Assembly: GCA_964653875.1 (NCBI GenBank)
Contig: CAZZGH010000001.1
Coordinates: 564-62,472, forward strand
Reading direction: 5' to 3'
Source: an uncultured Candidatus Saccharibacteria bacterium
Lineage (GTDB): Bacteria > Patescibacteriota > Minisyncoccia > 2-02-FULL-40-12 > GWA2-44-9
Length of the DNA stretch: 61,909 bases
The position numbers were made by a program, and so were the translations under genes. Below the pieces are notes generated by a model. It was given only the letters and a program-made list of their open reading frames with translations. It did no database searches and was not told the origin of the DNA. Every line of letters begins with the position of its first letter. The first letter of the stretch is position 1. Positions 36,942 to 46,910 of this stretch are shown piece after piece.

Positions 36942-39188
36942 TTATATTCGGTTAACTTTAACTTTTCGATTGCTTGTGTTTTTTACATTATCAAAATCAT
37001 GTTCGGTCATTAATTGAGCCAGTTTTTTAAAGGTAACTTTTGGCTTCCATCCCAAAATTTTTTTTGCTTTTGAAGCATCACCTATCAACAGATCCACTTC
37101 CGAAGGCCTGAACAGAACCTTATCCACACAGACCAAGAGCTTGCCTGTTTTTTTATCGTAACCCCTCTCATCAACGCCTTTTCCTCGCCATACGATATTG
37201 TATCCGAGATTCTTGCCGACTTCTTCAACAAATTCTCTGACTGTGTGGGTTTCACCGGTAGCAATTAAAAAATCGTCCGGTTCTTTGTGCTGTAAGATCC
37301 TCCATATCGCTTCCACATAGTCCTTGGCATAACCCCAATCTCTTTTTGCATCTAAATTCCCCAAAGAAAGCACATCTTGAAGACCCAGTTTAACCCGCGC
37401 CAAACCTATGGTAATTTTTCTGGTAACAAACGTCTCGCCCCGACGCGGCGAATTGTGAACATAACATTTACCAATGCCGCAATGAAATGTTCCCGACATT
37501 GTTTCTAAATCATAGAACCAACCGGCGTATTCCGGCAAATCTATTATTTTCTTAACTTCAAGAGGATCTTTTTTTAAGTGATGAATAACGCACGCAGTAC
37601 CGCCGTTTTGTATTTTTCTTATAAAAGTTCTCGAAATTGACGTCAATCTGTTCATTTCTCTCTGGGATATGTTTTTCAACATCAGTTTTTTTATTTCTCC
37701 CTCTTTTGTGAAGTTGTTTTGAGTGGTGAGAATATTAAGAGAATAAAATATTCTCCCGTCATCCTTCATTTCTAAGGTGAGATTTATATCCTGACCGGTT
37801 GTTTTGTCTATCAAATACCATAAACCCATTGCCAGTGTCGCAGAGTTTGTTTTAAAGTTTCTAAATTCGTAAGTACAGAGGTTTTCTTTTAACCCATCCG
37901 TTAAATTGTAACCTTTTAAAAAAGCCAGCATAATGTTTGAAGAAGAATTTAAAATTATCGCAGGTACTTTTTTTGTCTTATCTTTGTTATAAATATCTAA
38001 ACTTCTTAGCCAATTGTTTCCGCCCACTAACCTTAATTGCCCGACTATCTTCTTGGGATTAAAACCAGATTTTGACGGGTAAAATGCCGTATGGCCGCCA
38101 GTGACTTTTCGCCAAAGAAAATCAAAATAACTCCTCAATTCTTCGGATGAATTGGTGAATTTTCCGTTTAAACCAACGCCATTTTTTGCGCGAGTAACTG
38201 ATCCGTCTCCAACCATCATTCCCATCAGCTCTGCTTCAGTTTCCGATATAGTATTCCGCAAGTTTTTTATAAGAGGTAGTTCTATCGAGGATAAACGATG
38301 GCCAACTTGCAGGTCTTTTACCTTTTTTTCTATTCCATCCGACATAAACGCGACATGACTCGATGTTGCCATAAAAGCGCCCGATCTTGAGTTTACGAAT
38401 CGTGGGAATTTATTATCCTTTTTTATATTATGGGGGTATGCTGACGCAAAAGTGACATTAACCCACCCTTTCTTGTCCCAAACTTGAATTCCCGAGACTT
38501 TTTTTGACTGATAGCTCTTTTTAGATTCGTCAAATTCTACTATTTCACAAACTGGTTTTATGTCTAAATATTCTTCATCAGATTTTTTATAAAACATTGG
38601 CATAAATGAAGCTATCGTTTCGTGGTTAAATAAAATTCCGTTTGAAGCGAAAAGGCCATATGCATTTCGATGAACTTTGGTCATCCAGTAGGCAAGCGCT
38701 TTAGAGACACCATAGGGTGATTGCGGATTAAACGGCGTGGTTTCTTTTTGGGGTACTTCAAGAACCTTGCCGAACATTTCACTGGATGAAGCCTGATAGT
38801 ATTTAGTCTTAATGCCTGAATCTTTTATCGCGTCCAGAAGCCGCAACGCCCCCAGCCCGGTAACATTAGCCGTATATTCTGGAATATGAAAACTGACGCC
38901 GACGTGGCTCTGTGCTCCCAAATTGTAAATTTCATCAGGTTTAATTTTTTCCAGTAACCGGCTCAAATTTGAACCGTCGGATAAGTCTCCATAAACTGTC
39001 GTAAAATTAGGATACTTTGGATTGTCGTACAGATGATCAATCCTAGCCGTATTGAAAGTGCTGGTCCGGCGCTGAAGGCCGTAGACCCTGTATCCTTTTT
39101 CAAGCAAAAATTCGGCTAAATAAGATCCGTCCTGGCCGGTAACACCCGTAATCAAAGCCGTTTTGAGGGATTGTTTAGACCTTTTCAT
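36942..39188 (-). CDS. gmd: GDP-mannose 4,6-dehydratase interrupted by a 389-aa intein
   Basis: The exteins (190 + 169 aa) match Gmd: [47 protein letters not shown]|...|[14 protein letters not shown]. The joined length of 359 aa is normal for Gmd. Confidence 0.9.
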   Translation of the reverse strand: MKRSKQSLKTALITGVTGQDGSYLAEFLLEKGYRVYGLQRRTSTFNTARIDHLYDNPKYPNFTTVYGDLSDGSNLSRLLEKIKPDEIYNLGAQSHVGVSFHIPEYTANVTGLGALRLLDAIKDSGIKTKYYQASSSEMFGKVLEVPQKETTPFNPQSPYGVSKALAYWMTKVHRNAYGLFASNGILFNHETIASFMPMFYKKSDEEYLDIKPVCEIVEFDESKKSYQSKKVSGIQVWDKKGWVNVTFASAYPHNIKKDNKFPRFVNSRSGAFMATSSHVAFMSDGIEKKVKDLQVGHRLSSIELPLIKNLRNTISETEAELMGMMVGDGSVTRAKNGVGLNGKFTNSSEELRSYFDFLWRKVTGGHTAFYPSKSGFNPKKIVGQLRLVGGNNWLRSLDIYNKDKTKKVPAIILNSSSNIMLAFLKGYNLTDGLKENLCTYEFRNFKTNSATLAMGLWYLIDKTTGQDINLTLEMKDDGRIFYSLNILTTQNNFTKEGEIKKLMLKNISQREMNRLTSISRTFIRKIQNGGTACVIHHLKKDPLEVKKIIDLPEYAGWFYDLETMSGTFHCGIGKCYVHNSPRRGETFVTRKITIGLARVKLGLQDVLSLGNLDAKRDWGYAKDYVEAIWRILQHKEPDDFLIATGETHTVREFVEEVGKNLGYNIVWRGKGVDERGYDKKTGKLLVCVDKVLFRPSEVDLLIGDASKAKKILGWKPKVTFKKLAQLMTEHDFDNVKNTSNRKVKVNRI
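37452..38618 (-). mobile_element. intein with a LAGLIDADG homing-endonuclease domain, inserted in gmd (aa 191-579)
   Basis: Block B TSSH (ATSSHVAF). LAGLIDADG motifs [12 protein letters not shown] and [12 protein letters not shown]. Blocks [23 protein letters not shown], followed by the +1 Ser. The first residue is Thr (ACG, 38618-38616). Confidence 0.85.
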
Positions 39189-39236
39189 GTTTACGTAATT
39201 TATAATAATATAAACCTTGTTTCAAGAGCCAATAAC

Positions 39237-40418
39237 CTAAAAGAATCCTATAATCTTTTCCGCCCTTTTGGCCCAAGTATATTCTTGAACATCTTCTAGG
39301 GCTTTCCTGGCTATTCTTTCTACTAATTCCTTATTATTGTCATCAAAAACCCAAGCTATCTTTTCAGCCAAATCTTTAGCGTCACCCGCTTTAGCAAGAA
39401 CCGAATTATTCTCATTTAAGACCTCTCTAAAGGATGGCAGATCTTGTGCCACAATCGGACAACCGGAAGCCATATATTCAAACATCTTGAGAGGAGAAGT
39501 ATATCTTGCTGAAATAGTTTCCGTCTCTTTTCCGGTTAAAATAGCACAATCGGCAGCTACTAAAATCTTGGCTATGTCTTTATGCGGCAACCTGCCATAA
39601 AACGGCACAATATTTGGGTGCATACCTCTCTTCAAGTTTTCAACATCTTTATCGGCACCGCCAACAATCCAAATAAGGAAATTAGGGTTATGTTGTTTTA
39701 AATATTCTGCAACACTTATTAAAATATCGGCTCCTTTCCAAGTATAGAGGTTACCTATATAAACTGCTATCTTTTTACGTCTATAGGAGTCAAAGTGATT
39801 AGTAAAAAGTTTTTCTCTTAGTTCTTTTTGCTTTTTTTCTCGTTCTTCTCTTTTAATTAGTTGGAATTCTCCAAGATCCACACCATCTGAAGCTACTAAA
39901 ATATTCTCCGGCTTAAAGCCTGTTTTTGTAAAATCTTCTCTAAGGTATTTTGTAATAACTACTAACTTTATGTTTCTTTTTTTAAATCTCCTATAGAATA
40001 TTTTTCGTGATTTAGATAAATTATGAGCCTCAAATATTAAATTTCTCTTGAAAAAACTTAACAAAAAGAGAGGTAATTCGTCCCGAGAATAAATAATATC
40101 TGATTTTTTAAATAGAGCATAAGCGCTCAAAAAAATCGCCGATATAAGACTTTTTATTAGAACCGATGCGATGTCTAACTTGCCTGGAAAATAGAAATCA
40201 GGAGCCCAGATCCTTTTGGCCTCAAAATTATTTTTGACTGATTGAACCGAATAGTAATCAAAAATATTTTCTTTGATATTCGGATTATTTCTCTTTGGAT
40301 AAAGCAGTGTAATCCCCAACCCGGAATCCGCAAACGCCTCGCACGTTTTGGCGATTTGGATGCCATAGGCCTTCTCGGTCGGTAATCTTAAATTTGCTAT
40401 ATATAATAAACTTCGCAC
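39237..40418 (-). CDS. glycosyltransferase, GT-B fold (GT4)
   Basis: LYIANLRLPTEKAYGIQI is a typical GT4 N-terminus, and the C-terminus has FEYMASGCPIVA. GTG 40418 is preferred. The ORF-track start at 40481 is TTG and would bury the TTGACC-17-TATAGT promoter inside the CDS. Confidence 0.75.
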   Translation of the reverse strand: MRSLLYIANLRLPTEKAYGIQIAKTCEAFADSGLGITLLYPKRNNPNIKENIFDYYSVQSVKNNFEAKRIWAPDFYFPGKLDIASVLIKSLISAIFLSAYALFKKSDIIYSRDELPLFLLSFFKRNLIFEAHNLSKSRKIFYRRFKKRNIKLVVITKYLREDFTKTGFKPENILVASDGVDLGEFQLIKREEREKKQKELREKLFTNHFDSYRRKKIAVYIGNLYTWKGADILISVAEYLKQHNPNFLIWIVGGADKDVENLKRGMHPNIVPFYGRLPHKDIAKILVAADCAILTGKETETISARYTSPLKMFEYMASGCPIVAQDLPSFREVLNENNSVLAKAGDAKDLAEKIAWVFDDNNKELVERIARKALEDVQEYTWAKRAEKIIGFF

Positions 40419-40424
40419 TAAAAA

Positions 40425-40453
40425 ACTATAGAACAAAAAATATACAGGGTCAA
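40425..40453 (-). promoter_or_regulatory. promoter: TTGACC, 17-nt spacer, TATAGT. The -10 ends 6 nt before GTG 40418 (leaderless geometry)
   Basis: Minus-strand -35 is at 40453-40448 and -10 at 40430-40425. Confidence 0.45.
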
Positions 40454-40455
40454 TA

Positions 40456-40484
40456 TTGAAAACAAACAAATATTGTTCCAAAAT
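40456..40484 (+). promoter_or_regulatory. divergent promoter: TTGAAA, 17-nt spacer, CAAAAT, for the radical SAM gene
   Basis: -35 at 40456-61 and -10 at 40479-84. AAGGAGG lies at 40507-14 before the ATG at 40520. Confidence 0.4.
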
Positions 40485-40519
40485 AATCGAAATTCAAGTT
40501 CGTTTAAAAGGAGGTCGGA

Positions 40520-42025
40520 ATGAAAATTTGCCTGATAATCCCTCCGTCTATTTTCCTTTTAGACGAACGGGTTTTTATGACACTGGGCATATTAAAAGTT
40601 GCGGCTGTTTTGGAAAATTCTGGCCGGAAAGTTGATGTAATAGATCTGTCTGGAATATCTAACTATGAAAAGGTGATCGAGGACTATTGTCGTGAAAACA
40701 CAATCACAATCTTCGGGCTAACAGCTACCACGCCTCAATTACCGGCAACGATCAAAGTTCTTGAAACGATAAGAGTTTACAAACCGGAAGCCAAGATAAT
40801 TCTGGGAGGCCCCCATATCACACTGGTAAACGCCGCTTACAAGAGAGAGAGAAAGTTAAACATTAACGGACGGGCAACTACGGCATTTGACCAGTTGAGC
40901 CATGATTTTGACGTTTTAGTGGCCGGCGATGGAGAAGAAGCGATCTTTGAGGCGCTTAAAGAAAAAGCTCCCAAACTAATAGACGCAGACATTCCATCCA
41001 AGCCAACTGACACGAGCATTAAACCGGTTCTTTTTTTAACCAACAAACGTTTAAACGAATTGCCCTTTCCCGCTCGACACCTGGTAGACGTAGATAGCTA
41101 TAACTACACAATAGATAATATCCGGGCACTAAGTATGATCGCCCAACTGGGATGTCCGTTTAACTGCGGATTTTGCGGAGGCCGGGAGTCCGCTATGCTT
41201 CGCCGGATACGGATGCGGACAAGCGACAATATCGTAGCTGAAATGAGCCACATATTTCAAACATACGGCATTAGGGGTTTCATGATGTATGACGATGAGT
41301 TGAATGTAAATACAAAAATCGTTGAGCTGATGAAATTGATTGCCCAGACCCAAAAGACACTGGGTACAGAATTCCGTCTCCGGGGTTTTATCAAGTCGGA
41401 ACTTTTTACCGAAGAGCAGGCCGAGGTGATGTACGAGGCCGGTTTCCGCTGGATATTGGTCGGATTTGAATCCGGCTCTCCGAGAATTCTTGAGAACATA
41501 AACAAAAAAGCTTCTCGTGAAGACAACACCCGCTGTCTCAAAATTGCTAGAAAGCATGGTCTTAAGGTTAAAGCTCTAATGTCCATAGGCCACCCGGGCG
41601 AGTCCAAAGAAACAGTCATGGACACCCGTGATTGGCTCCTTCAGGTTAAGCCGGATGACTTTGATGTTACTATTATTACCACTTATCCCGGAACGCCATA
41701 TTATGACCATGCAGTCCCCCATGAAACTGAATCCGGAATTTGGGTTTATACTTACGAAAAAACCGGCGATAAGCTATACAGCAAAGAAGTTGATTACAGA
41801 ACTACCGCCGATTACTACAAAGGCGACCCCGAAGGCGGGTATCAATCATTTGTCTATACTGACTTTTTGAGTCCCGAACAACTCGTCGAACTAAGAGACT
41901 TTGTCGAAAAAGATGTTCGGGCTAAATTAGATATTCCCTTCAACCCAAGTGCTCCGGCTATTCGCTACGAGCATTCCATGGGACAGACAAATATTCCAAA
42001 CCACATTTTGAGATCAACATCCTAA
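40520..42025 (+). CDS. cobalamin-binding radical SAM enzyme
   Basis: The N-terminal B12 domain (FGLTATTPQ...IILGGPH), the QLGCPFNCGFCGG motif (CX3CX2C), and GFESGSPRIL. Confidence 0.8.
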   Translation: MKICLIIPPSIFLLDERVFMTLGILKVAAVLENSGRKVDVIDLSGISNYEKVIEDYCRENTITIFGLTATTPQLPATIKVLETIRVYKPEAKIILGGPHITLVNAAYKRERKLNINGRATTAFDQLSHDFDVLVAGDGEEAIFEALKEKAPKLIDADIPSKPTDTSIKPVLFLTNKRLNELPFPARHLVDVDSYNYTIDNIRALSMIAQLGCPFNCGFCGGRESAMLRRIRMRTSDNIVAEMSHIFQTYGIRGFMMYDDELNVNTKIVELMKLIAQTQKTLGTEFRLRGFIKSELFTEEQAEVMYEAGFRWILVGFESGSPRILENINKKASREDNTRCLKIARKHGLKVKALMSIGHPGESKETVMDTRDWLLQVKPDDFDVTIITTYPGTPYYDHAVPHETESGIWVYTYEKTGDKLYSKEVDYRTTADYYKGDPEGGYQSFVYTDFLSPEQLVELRDFVEKDVRAKLDIPFNPSAPAIRYEHSMGQTNIPNHILRSTS

Positions 42026-42048
42026 AATCCCGCATTGGGATTTTTTTA
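42025..42048. terminator. bidirectional-looking terminator between convergent genes
   Basis: AAATCCC-gcatt-GGGATTT followed by TTTT. Confidence 0.6.
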
Positions 42049-42060
42049 ATTAAGAAGTTT

Positions 42061-43230
42061 TTAATTATCTGACATGCTATGGAAAAATTTTTCAAATTTG
42101 GCAGCAACGACATCATGGCCAAAACTTTCAATCATGAATATTCTGGCTTCCTTGCCTAACCTTTTTCTTAATTCTTCATCAGAACCAAGTTTTATCATAG
42201 CTTCTTTTAGTTCGTCCAAATTATCGGGTGCAACCAAAAGACCTGTTTTATTATCTATCACAACCTCATCAAGAGAGCCGGAATTGGTGGTAATAACGGG
42301 CAATTCCATTAATGATGCTTCCATGGTTGAGTATCCCAACTGGTCAGCCCATCCTTTATAAGGCAAACTGGGGTAAACAAAAACGTTAGAAATTGAGAGC
42401 AATTCCCTCATTTCTTCATGGTTTATCCAAGGAGCTCTGAAAATATACTGGGTCATTCCTGTTTCTTTTATAACTTTGTCTATCTCTTCTTCATACTCCC
42501 CGCTTCCGGCAATAAAAAGAACTGCATTTGGTATTTTCTCAATAACATCCTTCAATGCCTTGACTATTAAATGGATGCCCTTACGATAGCTTATCGAACC
42601 AACAAAAGAATAGACAACTTTTCCCTTAAAATCATGCCCTCTGAATTTTTTATCCAGTTCAAGGTGTTTAAAGAAGTCTTTATCTACCCCGCTCATGGGG
42701 ATAACTGGGGTAGGTTTTTTTGTATACTCTTTCATTATCGCTGCCGCCTTTTGGTTCCCGCAAATAATGGCATCGCTCAAAAACATATTGAGTTTTATGA
42801 CTGTTCTTTTAAAAAGCAGGTTCAATCCGTGAAATTTGTTTTGGTAAGGTATATTTTCCCATGTAAAAAGAACATGCTTGATTCCAAATATTTTGGCCCA
42901 AATGCTTTGATAAAGAGCCGTCAAAAGAGACGGTTCGGTGGCGCTGAATAATATTTCAAATTTCTTTTTTCTATACCGGAGCAAAAAAAACGGCAGCCAA
43001 GGCATCCAACCCTTTAATAATCCACCTAGTAGCGGGTATTGGGAGTGATGAAAAAAAGTCTCGGTCGTAAAAATATTTTCTTCCACGGGCGGCCGATAAA
43101 CAACTTTACCGCCTTTTATTTTCCATGTTTTCGGCAATAGAAAGTAGATACTATCGTTTCCACGGTAATATTTGAAAACATCCAAATAATTTTTCCTTAC
43201 GAAAGCGTAGCCGGTAATTAGAATATTCAT
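42061..43230 (-). CDS. glycosyltransferase, GT-B fold (GT4)
   Basis: C-terminal VFVYPSLPYKGWADQLGYSTMEASLMELPVITTNSGSLDEVV. Confidence 0.8.
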   Translation of the reverse strand: MNILITGYAFVRKNYLDVFKYYRGNDSIYFLLPKTWKIKGGKVVYRPPVEENIFTTETFFHHSQYPLLGGLLKGWMPWLPFFLLRYRKKKFEILFSATEPSLLTALYQSIWAKIFGIKHVLFTWENIPYQNKFHGLNLLFKRTVIKLNMFLSDAIICGNQKAAAIMKEYTKKPTPVIPMSGVDKDFFKHLELDKKFRGHDFKGKVVYSFVGSISYRKGIHLIVKALKDVIEKIPNAVLFIAGSGEYEEEIDKVIKETGMTQYIFRAPWINHEEMRELLSISNVFVYPSLPYKGWADQLGYSTMEASLMELPVITTNSGSLDEVVIDNKTGLLVAPDNLDELKEAMIKLGSDEELRKRLGKEARIFMIESFGHDVVAAKFEKFFHSMSDN

Positions 43231-44333
43231 AATTTATAGCCCTTTTCTCTTAGGGTGTTTATTAAATCTTTGGCTATTTCTTTTTTACTAAATTTAGCCG
43301 TAAATAATTCATAACTATTTTTTGTTATTTTATTCATAAGTACGGTATCATTTTTCAGTTTTAATATTGCTTCAGCTAAACTATCGGGGTCTGCTTTCCG
43401 GCAAAATATTATGTTTTCTCCGTCTTTAAATATTTCTCTCACGGCTTCGGTATCGGCCGTGATAATGGCCTTTCCCATAGCGATAACCTCAAAAATTTTA
43501 TTCGGTATGACCGTTTCTGTTTTGGTTGTGTCTCCAAATATCCCCAAACAGACATCGGCTTTATTTATAAAAGGAGGTAAGTTTTCATAAGGCACACGGC
43601 CGATCCAAATAATATTTTTAAGCCCAAAATTATCTGCCATTTTCCGGCTTGCATCATAATCATGCCCCTTTCCGACAATCTGGAATTTAATATTTTCATT
43701 CTTTAATATATTTGCCGCCTGAACAATATATGGAACCCCATGAAGAGGCATAAAATTGCCATGAAAATTAACCAAAAAACTATGCGGTTCATTTATTTCA
43801 CGCTCATCCACTAATGTAGGATCAGGTTTTTTTAAAAGATCATCATCTGCTCCGTTAAAAACCGTGATCATTTTTTTCGCGGGAATTCCTAATTCATCGG
43901 TCAAAAATTTACCGCCTAAAGCACAGTTAACAATAGCAAAATTAGCCAACCTAACGGCAGTTCTGTCGAGCCATTTGTACCATTTTGCATGAAGACTTTG
44001 AGGAGAATACTTCTTTCGGTCTAGTATATATCCTTCGTAATGAGAAGTAAGCATGTCAACTATAACTGGAATGCGCTGAAACAGGCGCATGAAAGACAAT
44101 ATGGGAGCCATTGCCACCATTGTCTCTTGCGGCGGAAATGCCACTATGACAAAGTCAAAACGTTTATCGGAAATTTTAAAATATTCGGCCACTAATCTCC
44201 AAAATTTTCTAACCCCTCCCGTACTACCGCCATTGCAACAGATTACTTCTGCCCCATTTTCAATCATTCCTTTGACAAGGATGCGGTTCCTGGCATATCC
44301 GGGATCATAATTGCCTAAAAATAAAGTTCTCAT
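43227..44333 (-). CDS. glycosyltransferase, GT-B fold
   Basis: The N-terminus LFLGNYDPGYARNRILVKGMIENGAEV is related to 26665-27720. The C-terminus has IPNKIFEVIAMGKAIITADT. Confidence 0.7.
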   Translation of the reverse strand: MRTLFLGNYDPGYARNRILVKGMIENGAEVICCNGGSTGGVRKFWRLVAEYFKISDKRFDFVIVAFPPQETMVAMAPILSFMRLFQRIPVIVDMLTSHYEGYILDRKKYSPQSLHAKWYKWLDRTAVRLANFAIVNCALGGKFLTDELGIPAKKMITVFNGADDDLLKKPDPTLVDEREINEPHSFLVNFHGNFMPLHGVPYIVQAANILKNENIKFQIVGKGHDYDASRKMADNFGLKNIIWIGRVPYENLPPFINKADVCLGIFGDTTKTETVIPNKIFEVIAMGKAIITADTEAVREIFKDGENIIFCRKADPDSLAEAILKLKNDTVLMNKITKNSYELFTAKFSKKEIAKDLINTLREKGYKL

Positions 44334-45388
44334 ATCAATGAAGCAATTTGGTTAATTAGTTTGCCCAACGAATGGTGTTTGGCAACTGATTCTACCATAA
44401 AATCACTTATACCTTTTTTAATTTCCGGAGAAAGCTTGCTTAAACCGATTATTTTTTCAGCTAAATCTTTAGCGTTTTTGTGGCCAAAAATCGGTATATA
44501 ATCGGACATTTGGGAATCAGATGTCAAATATTTTCTATTTACTTCGTTAGATGTAAGGATCAAGCATCCCGAAGCCATGCCTTCCAAAATTGTTTTATCT
44601 AGCCCCCCCTTGGGTGTCAAACCGATAACAATGTCTGATTTTTTATAATAGTCGGCAATATAATTGTGAGGCACAAATCCAGTAAATTGAACGACATCAC
44701 TCAAGCCCAGTTTTTCATTCAATGATTTTAATGATTCAAAATAAGAAAAATCGGGCGGCATAATCGGCCGGCCGATTATTTCTATTTTAAAATTGATTTT
44801 ATTTTCTTTGAGGATTTGGGCCGCATAAAGTAGGGTCTCATAATCTTTTATTTTGGATATTCTCCCCACGCTTAAAATTTTGACCGCTTCATCTGTCCAA
44901 TTTCTGTCTGTTTTAAACCTGTCCACACTGATTCCATGGCCTGTTTCTATTATTTTCTTGCTTTCAAGGGCCAAGCTTTCTTTATCTGCGGTAACAATTT
45001 TATAGCACAGCTTTTCGGCTATTTTGAGTTTTGTGTCTATTGAGCGATGCAAGTACCATAAAATTATCTTTTTCCTAAAAATCAAGGCTAATGGCCAGGA
45101 TGCTATAACATACCTTGCCGATGTGTGAGCAAAAATTCCATTTGATCTTGGCGCTAGTTTAAATAAGTATTTATAAAAATTAAACGCCATGGCAACTTTT
45201 GAATTGCCCTTTTCTTTGCCCAAAGAATAAACAGAAACATTCTCGGGTAAGTGATATTTCCCCTCTGCAAGTGCTATGATAAATACTCGGTCAAAATGTT
45301 TCGCAAATTCTTTTATCCATTCAATAAAAAACCCGAGTAGATCATCTTCTTCATTGACTTCTCGGGTAATTATAAGTAGATTTCGCAT
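44330..45388 (-). CDS. glycosyltransferase, GT-B fold (GT4-like)
   Basis: C-terminal GLDKTILEGMASGCLILTSN. Overlaps the neighbouring GT genes. Confidence 0.7.
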   Translation of the reverse strand: MRNLLIITREVNEEDDLLGFFIEWIKEFAKHFDRVFIIALAEGKYHLPENVSVYSLGKEKGNSKVAMAFNFYKYLFKLAPRSNGIFAHTSARYVIASWPLALIFRKKIILWYLHRSIDTKLKIAEKLCYKIVTADKESLALESKKIIETGHGISVDRFKTDRNWTDEAVKILSVGRISKIKDYETLLYAAQILKENKINFKIEIIGRPIMPPDFSYFESLKSLNEKLGLSDVVQFTGFVPHNYIADYYKKSDIVIGLTPKGGLDKTILEGMASGCLILTSNEVNRKYLTSDSQMSDYIPIFGHKNAKDLAEKIIGLSKLSPEIKKGISDFMVESVAKHHSLGKLINQIASLI

Positions 45389-45426
45389 TGATTAATACTA
45401 AAATAAAGGAGACGTAAAATCAACAT

Positions 45427-45466
45427 AAAAACACCCAGCCCCACTGGTGGGGCTGGGTGTTTTTTG
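45427..45466. terminator. strong bidirectional terminator
   Basis: 12-bp stem ACACCCAGCCCC/GGGGCTGGGTGT flanked by AAAA and TTTTT. Confidence 0.8.
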
Positions 45467-45484
45467 TCAGATTGCCAGATACTA

Positions 45485-46477
45485 CTACTTTGCTCTCACA
45501 TATGACGGGATCTGATTTACTGATGTATAAGGAGTGCCTTGTTTATACCAGTTGAACTCATTACTATTGATGCAAAATACTTTTTTGAAAAAGTTAGGAT
45601 CGTCGGCAACCGCTTGATCTCCAGTCGTATTAACCCAATGCAGAATACCCGTATCTTCGCCGGTGGTTTCTACCCCATATACTTTTTTGTCATTCGTTTC
45701 ACAATTTCTGAAAAGACCGGAAGTAACAAGGGTGTCTCTTGTCGGAACAACTATGGTTTTAACTTTAGAAAATCCGCCAAGATGGCCGTAGAATTTAAAT
45801 ATCGCAGGATTTAAGAACAATCTCTTGTAGCCCCAGACGTTAACAATGTATACATCCGGATCGCTTGAGCCAGCGGCACTAATCACGTCACCTTCTTTTA
45901 ACTTTAAGGCAGACAGATTGGTGAACCCTTTTGAAGCTGGCGTCGGTCCTGCACCCATAGGAGAAGATACCGGTGTTAAAACGGGGGTTGTAGCGGGAGT
46001 TGGTGTCGGTGTAGCAGTTGGAGTTGGAGTTGGAGTTGGGGTCAAGGTTGGGCCTCCGCCACCGCCGCCATATGATACAACCGTAGAGCCTCCAACACTA
46101 GTAGAACCACAGGTAGTTGAACTGGGCGTTATTACTACTGTTGTTGTGACTGTTGCAGTAATAGTAAGCGATGATTTGTCTTCAGAGCATGAGGTCGCAT
46201 AAGATCCGTCGTTGTCCAACAATTTTCGGTCGGCTGATTGAAAGATAAAAGTTTGGCCGGAAGAAACTACAACAGTTACTTTGGCATTGGTTGTTGTTAC
46301 TGAATCCGCATCAGAACCACCCGCTATCACAAAGTTGCCCATATCAAGAGCAACCGTAGTGTCTTGAGGGAAATAAGCATCACCGACAGCTTTTGCCTGA
46401 TTAACTCCGATCAAAATTACTCCGCTAACCAAAAGGCTTATAATAAATAAATCAAATTTATTTTTTATTTGTTTCAT
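45485..46477 (-). CDS. secreted or wall-associated protein with a Gly5 plus Thr/Pro-rich linker
   Basis: ATG at 46477 (MKQIKNKFDLFIISLLVSGVILIGVNQAKA is signal-peptide-like). Linker GGGGGGPTLTPTPTPTPTATPTPTPATTPVLTPVSSP lies at about 45932-46069. A C-terminal globular domain follows. Confidence 0.7.
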   Translation of the reverse strand: MKQIKNKFDLFIISLLVSGVILIGVNQAKAVGDAYFPQDTTVALDMGNFVIAGGSDADSVTTTNAKVTVVVSSGQTFIFQSADRKLLDNDGSYATSCSEDKSSLTITATVTTTVVITPSSTTCGSTSVGGSTVVSYGGGGGGPTLTPTPTPTPTATPTPTPATTPVLTPVSSPMGAGPTPASKGFTNLSALKLKEGDVISAAGSSDPDVYIVNVWGYKRLFLNPAIFKFYGHLGGFSKVKTIVVPTRDTLVTSGLFRNCETNDKKVYGVETTGEDTGILHWVNTTGDQAVADDPNFFKKVFCINSNEFNWYKQGTPYTSVNQIPSYVRAK

Positions 46478-46478
46478 T

Positions 46479-46892
46479 TTATTTTGTTTGAGATTGTGCG
46501 CCCCGAATAGTATTAACAACCGGGGAATCGGTTTTTAAGTTTTCCCAGAATAAAACTTGATCTTGATTTATTATCATTTCGTCTTTTGGCCCATGAGGTT
46601 CATTCACACCAAGTTTGACAAGCTGGCCAGCTCCGTTTTCGTTTACTTTGACATAATAAACATCTGACAGAATCAAATAATCGGGACTTATGCTATTTAA
46701 ATGCCCAAAATATATCTGATCGTTTGTTAAAAATATAGCTTGATATGAATTAGGATCAATAAATTGATTTTTATCATATCGGCCGTATTTAGCTGAATCT
46801 ATCAGGGGCAATAGACTTAGAAATCCTACCACCACAGCCAGAATCGCAACGCTTACCGCCGTAATAATTGGAATGTGCTTGCTGGTAATCAT
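46479..46892 (-). CDS. small N-terminally membrane-anchored protein (137 aa)
   Basis: Single TM segment IPIITAVSVAILAVVVGFLSLL. The stop lies 1 nt from the next start. Confidence 0.55.
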   Translation of the reverse strand: MITSKHIPIITAVSVAILAVVVGFLSLLPLIDSAKYGRYDKNQFIDPNSYQAIFLTNDQIYFGHLNSISPDYLILSDVYYVKVNENGAGQLVKLGVNEPHGPKDEMIINQDQVLFWENLKTDSPVVNTIRGAQSQTK

Positions 46893-46910
46893 GAATTATA
46901 TTCCAATTAA

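Noticed and set aside
40419-40481. TTG-initiated 21-codon extension of GT4 gene 39237-40418
   Set aside because: The extension is hydrophobic junk (EQYLFVFNIDPVYFLFYSFL) that contains the TTGACC-17-TATAGT promoter. Homologous GT4 proteins start at about LYIANLRLP.
41129-41625. Two antisense ORFs (142 and 122 aa) inside radical SAM gene 40520-42025. Similar antisense ORFs lie at 31538-31903, 49037-49393 and 51135-51542.
   Set aside because: They lie wholly within well-supported genes on the opposite strand, lack ribosome-binding sites, and have low-complexity translations.
45846-46202. 118-aa plus-strand ORF encoding GVGVGVAVGVGVGVGV...
   Set aside because: It is the antisense reading of the Thr/Pro/Gly linker of gene 45485-46477 and has no start context.
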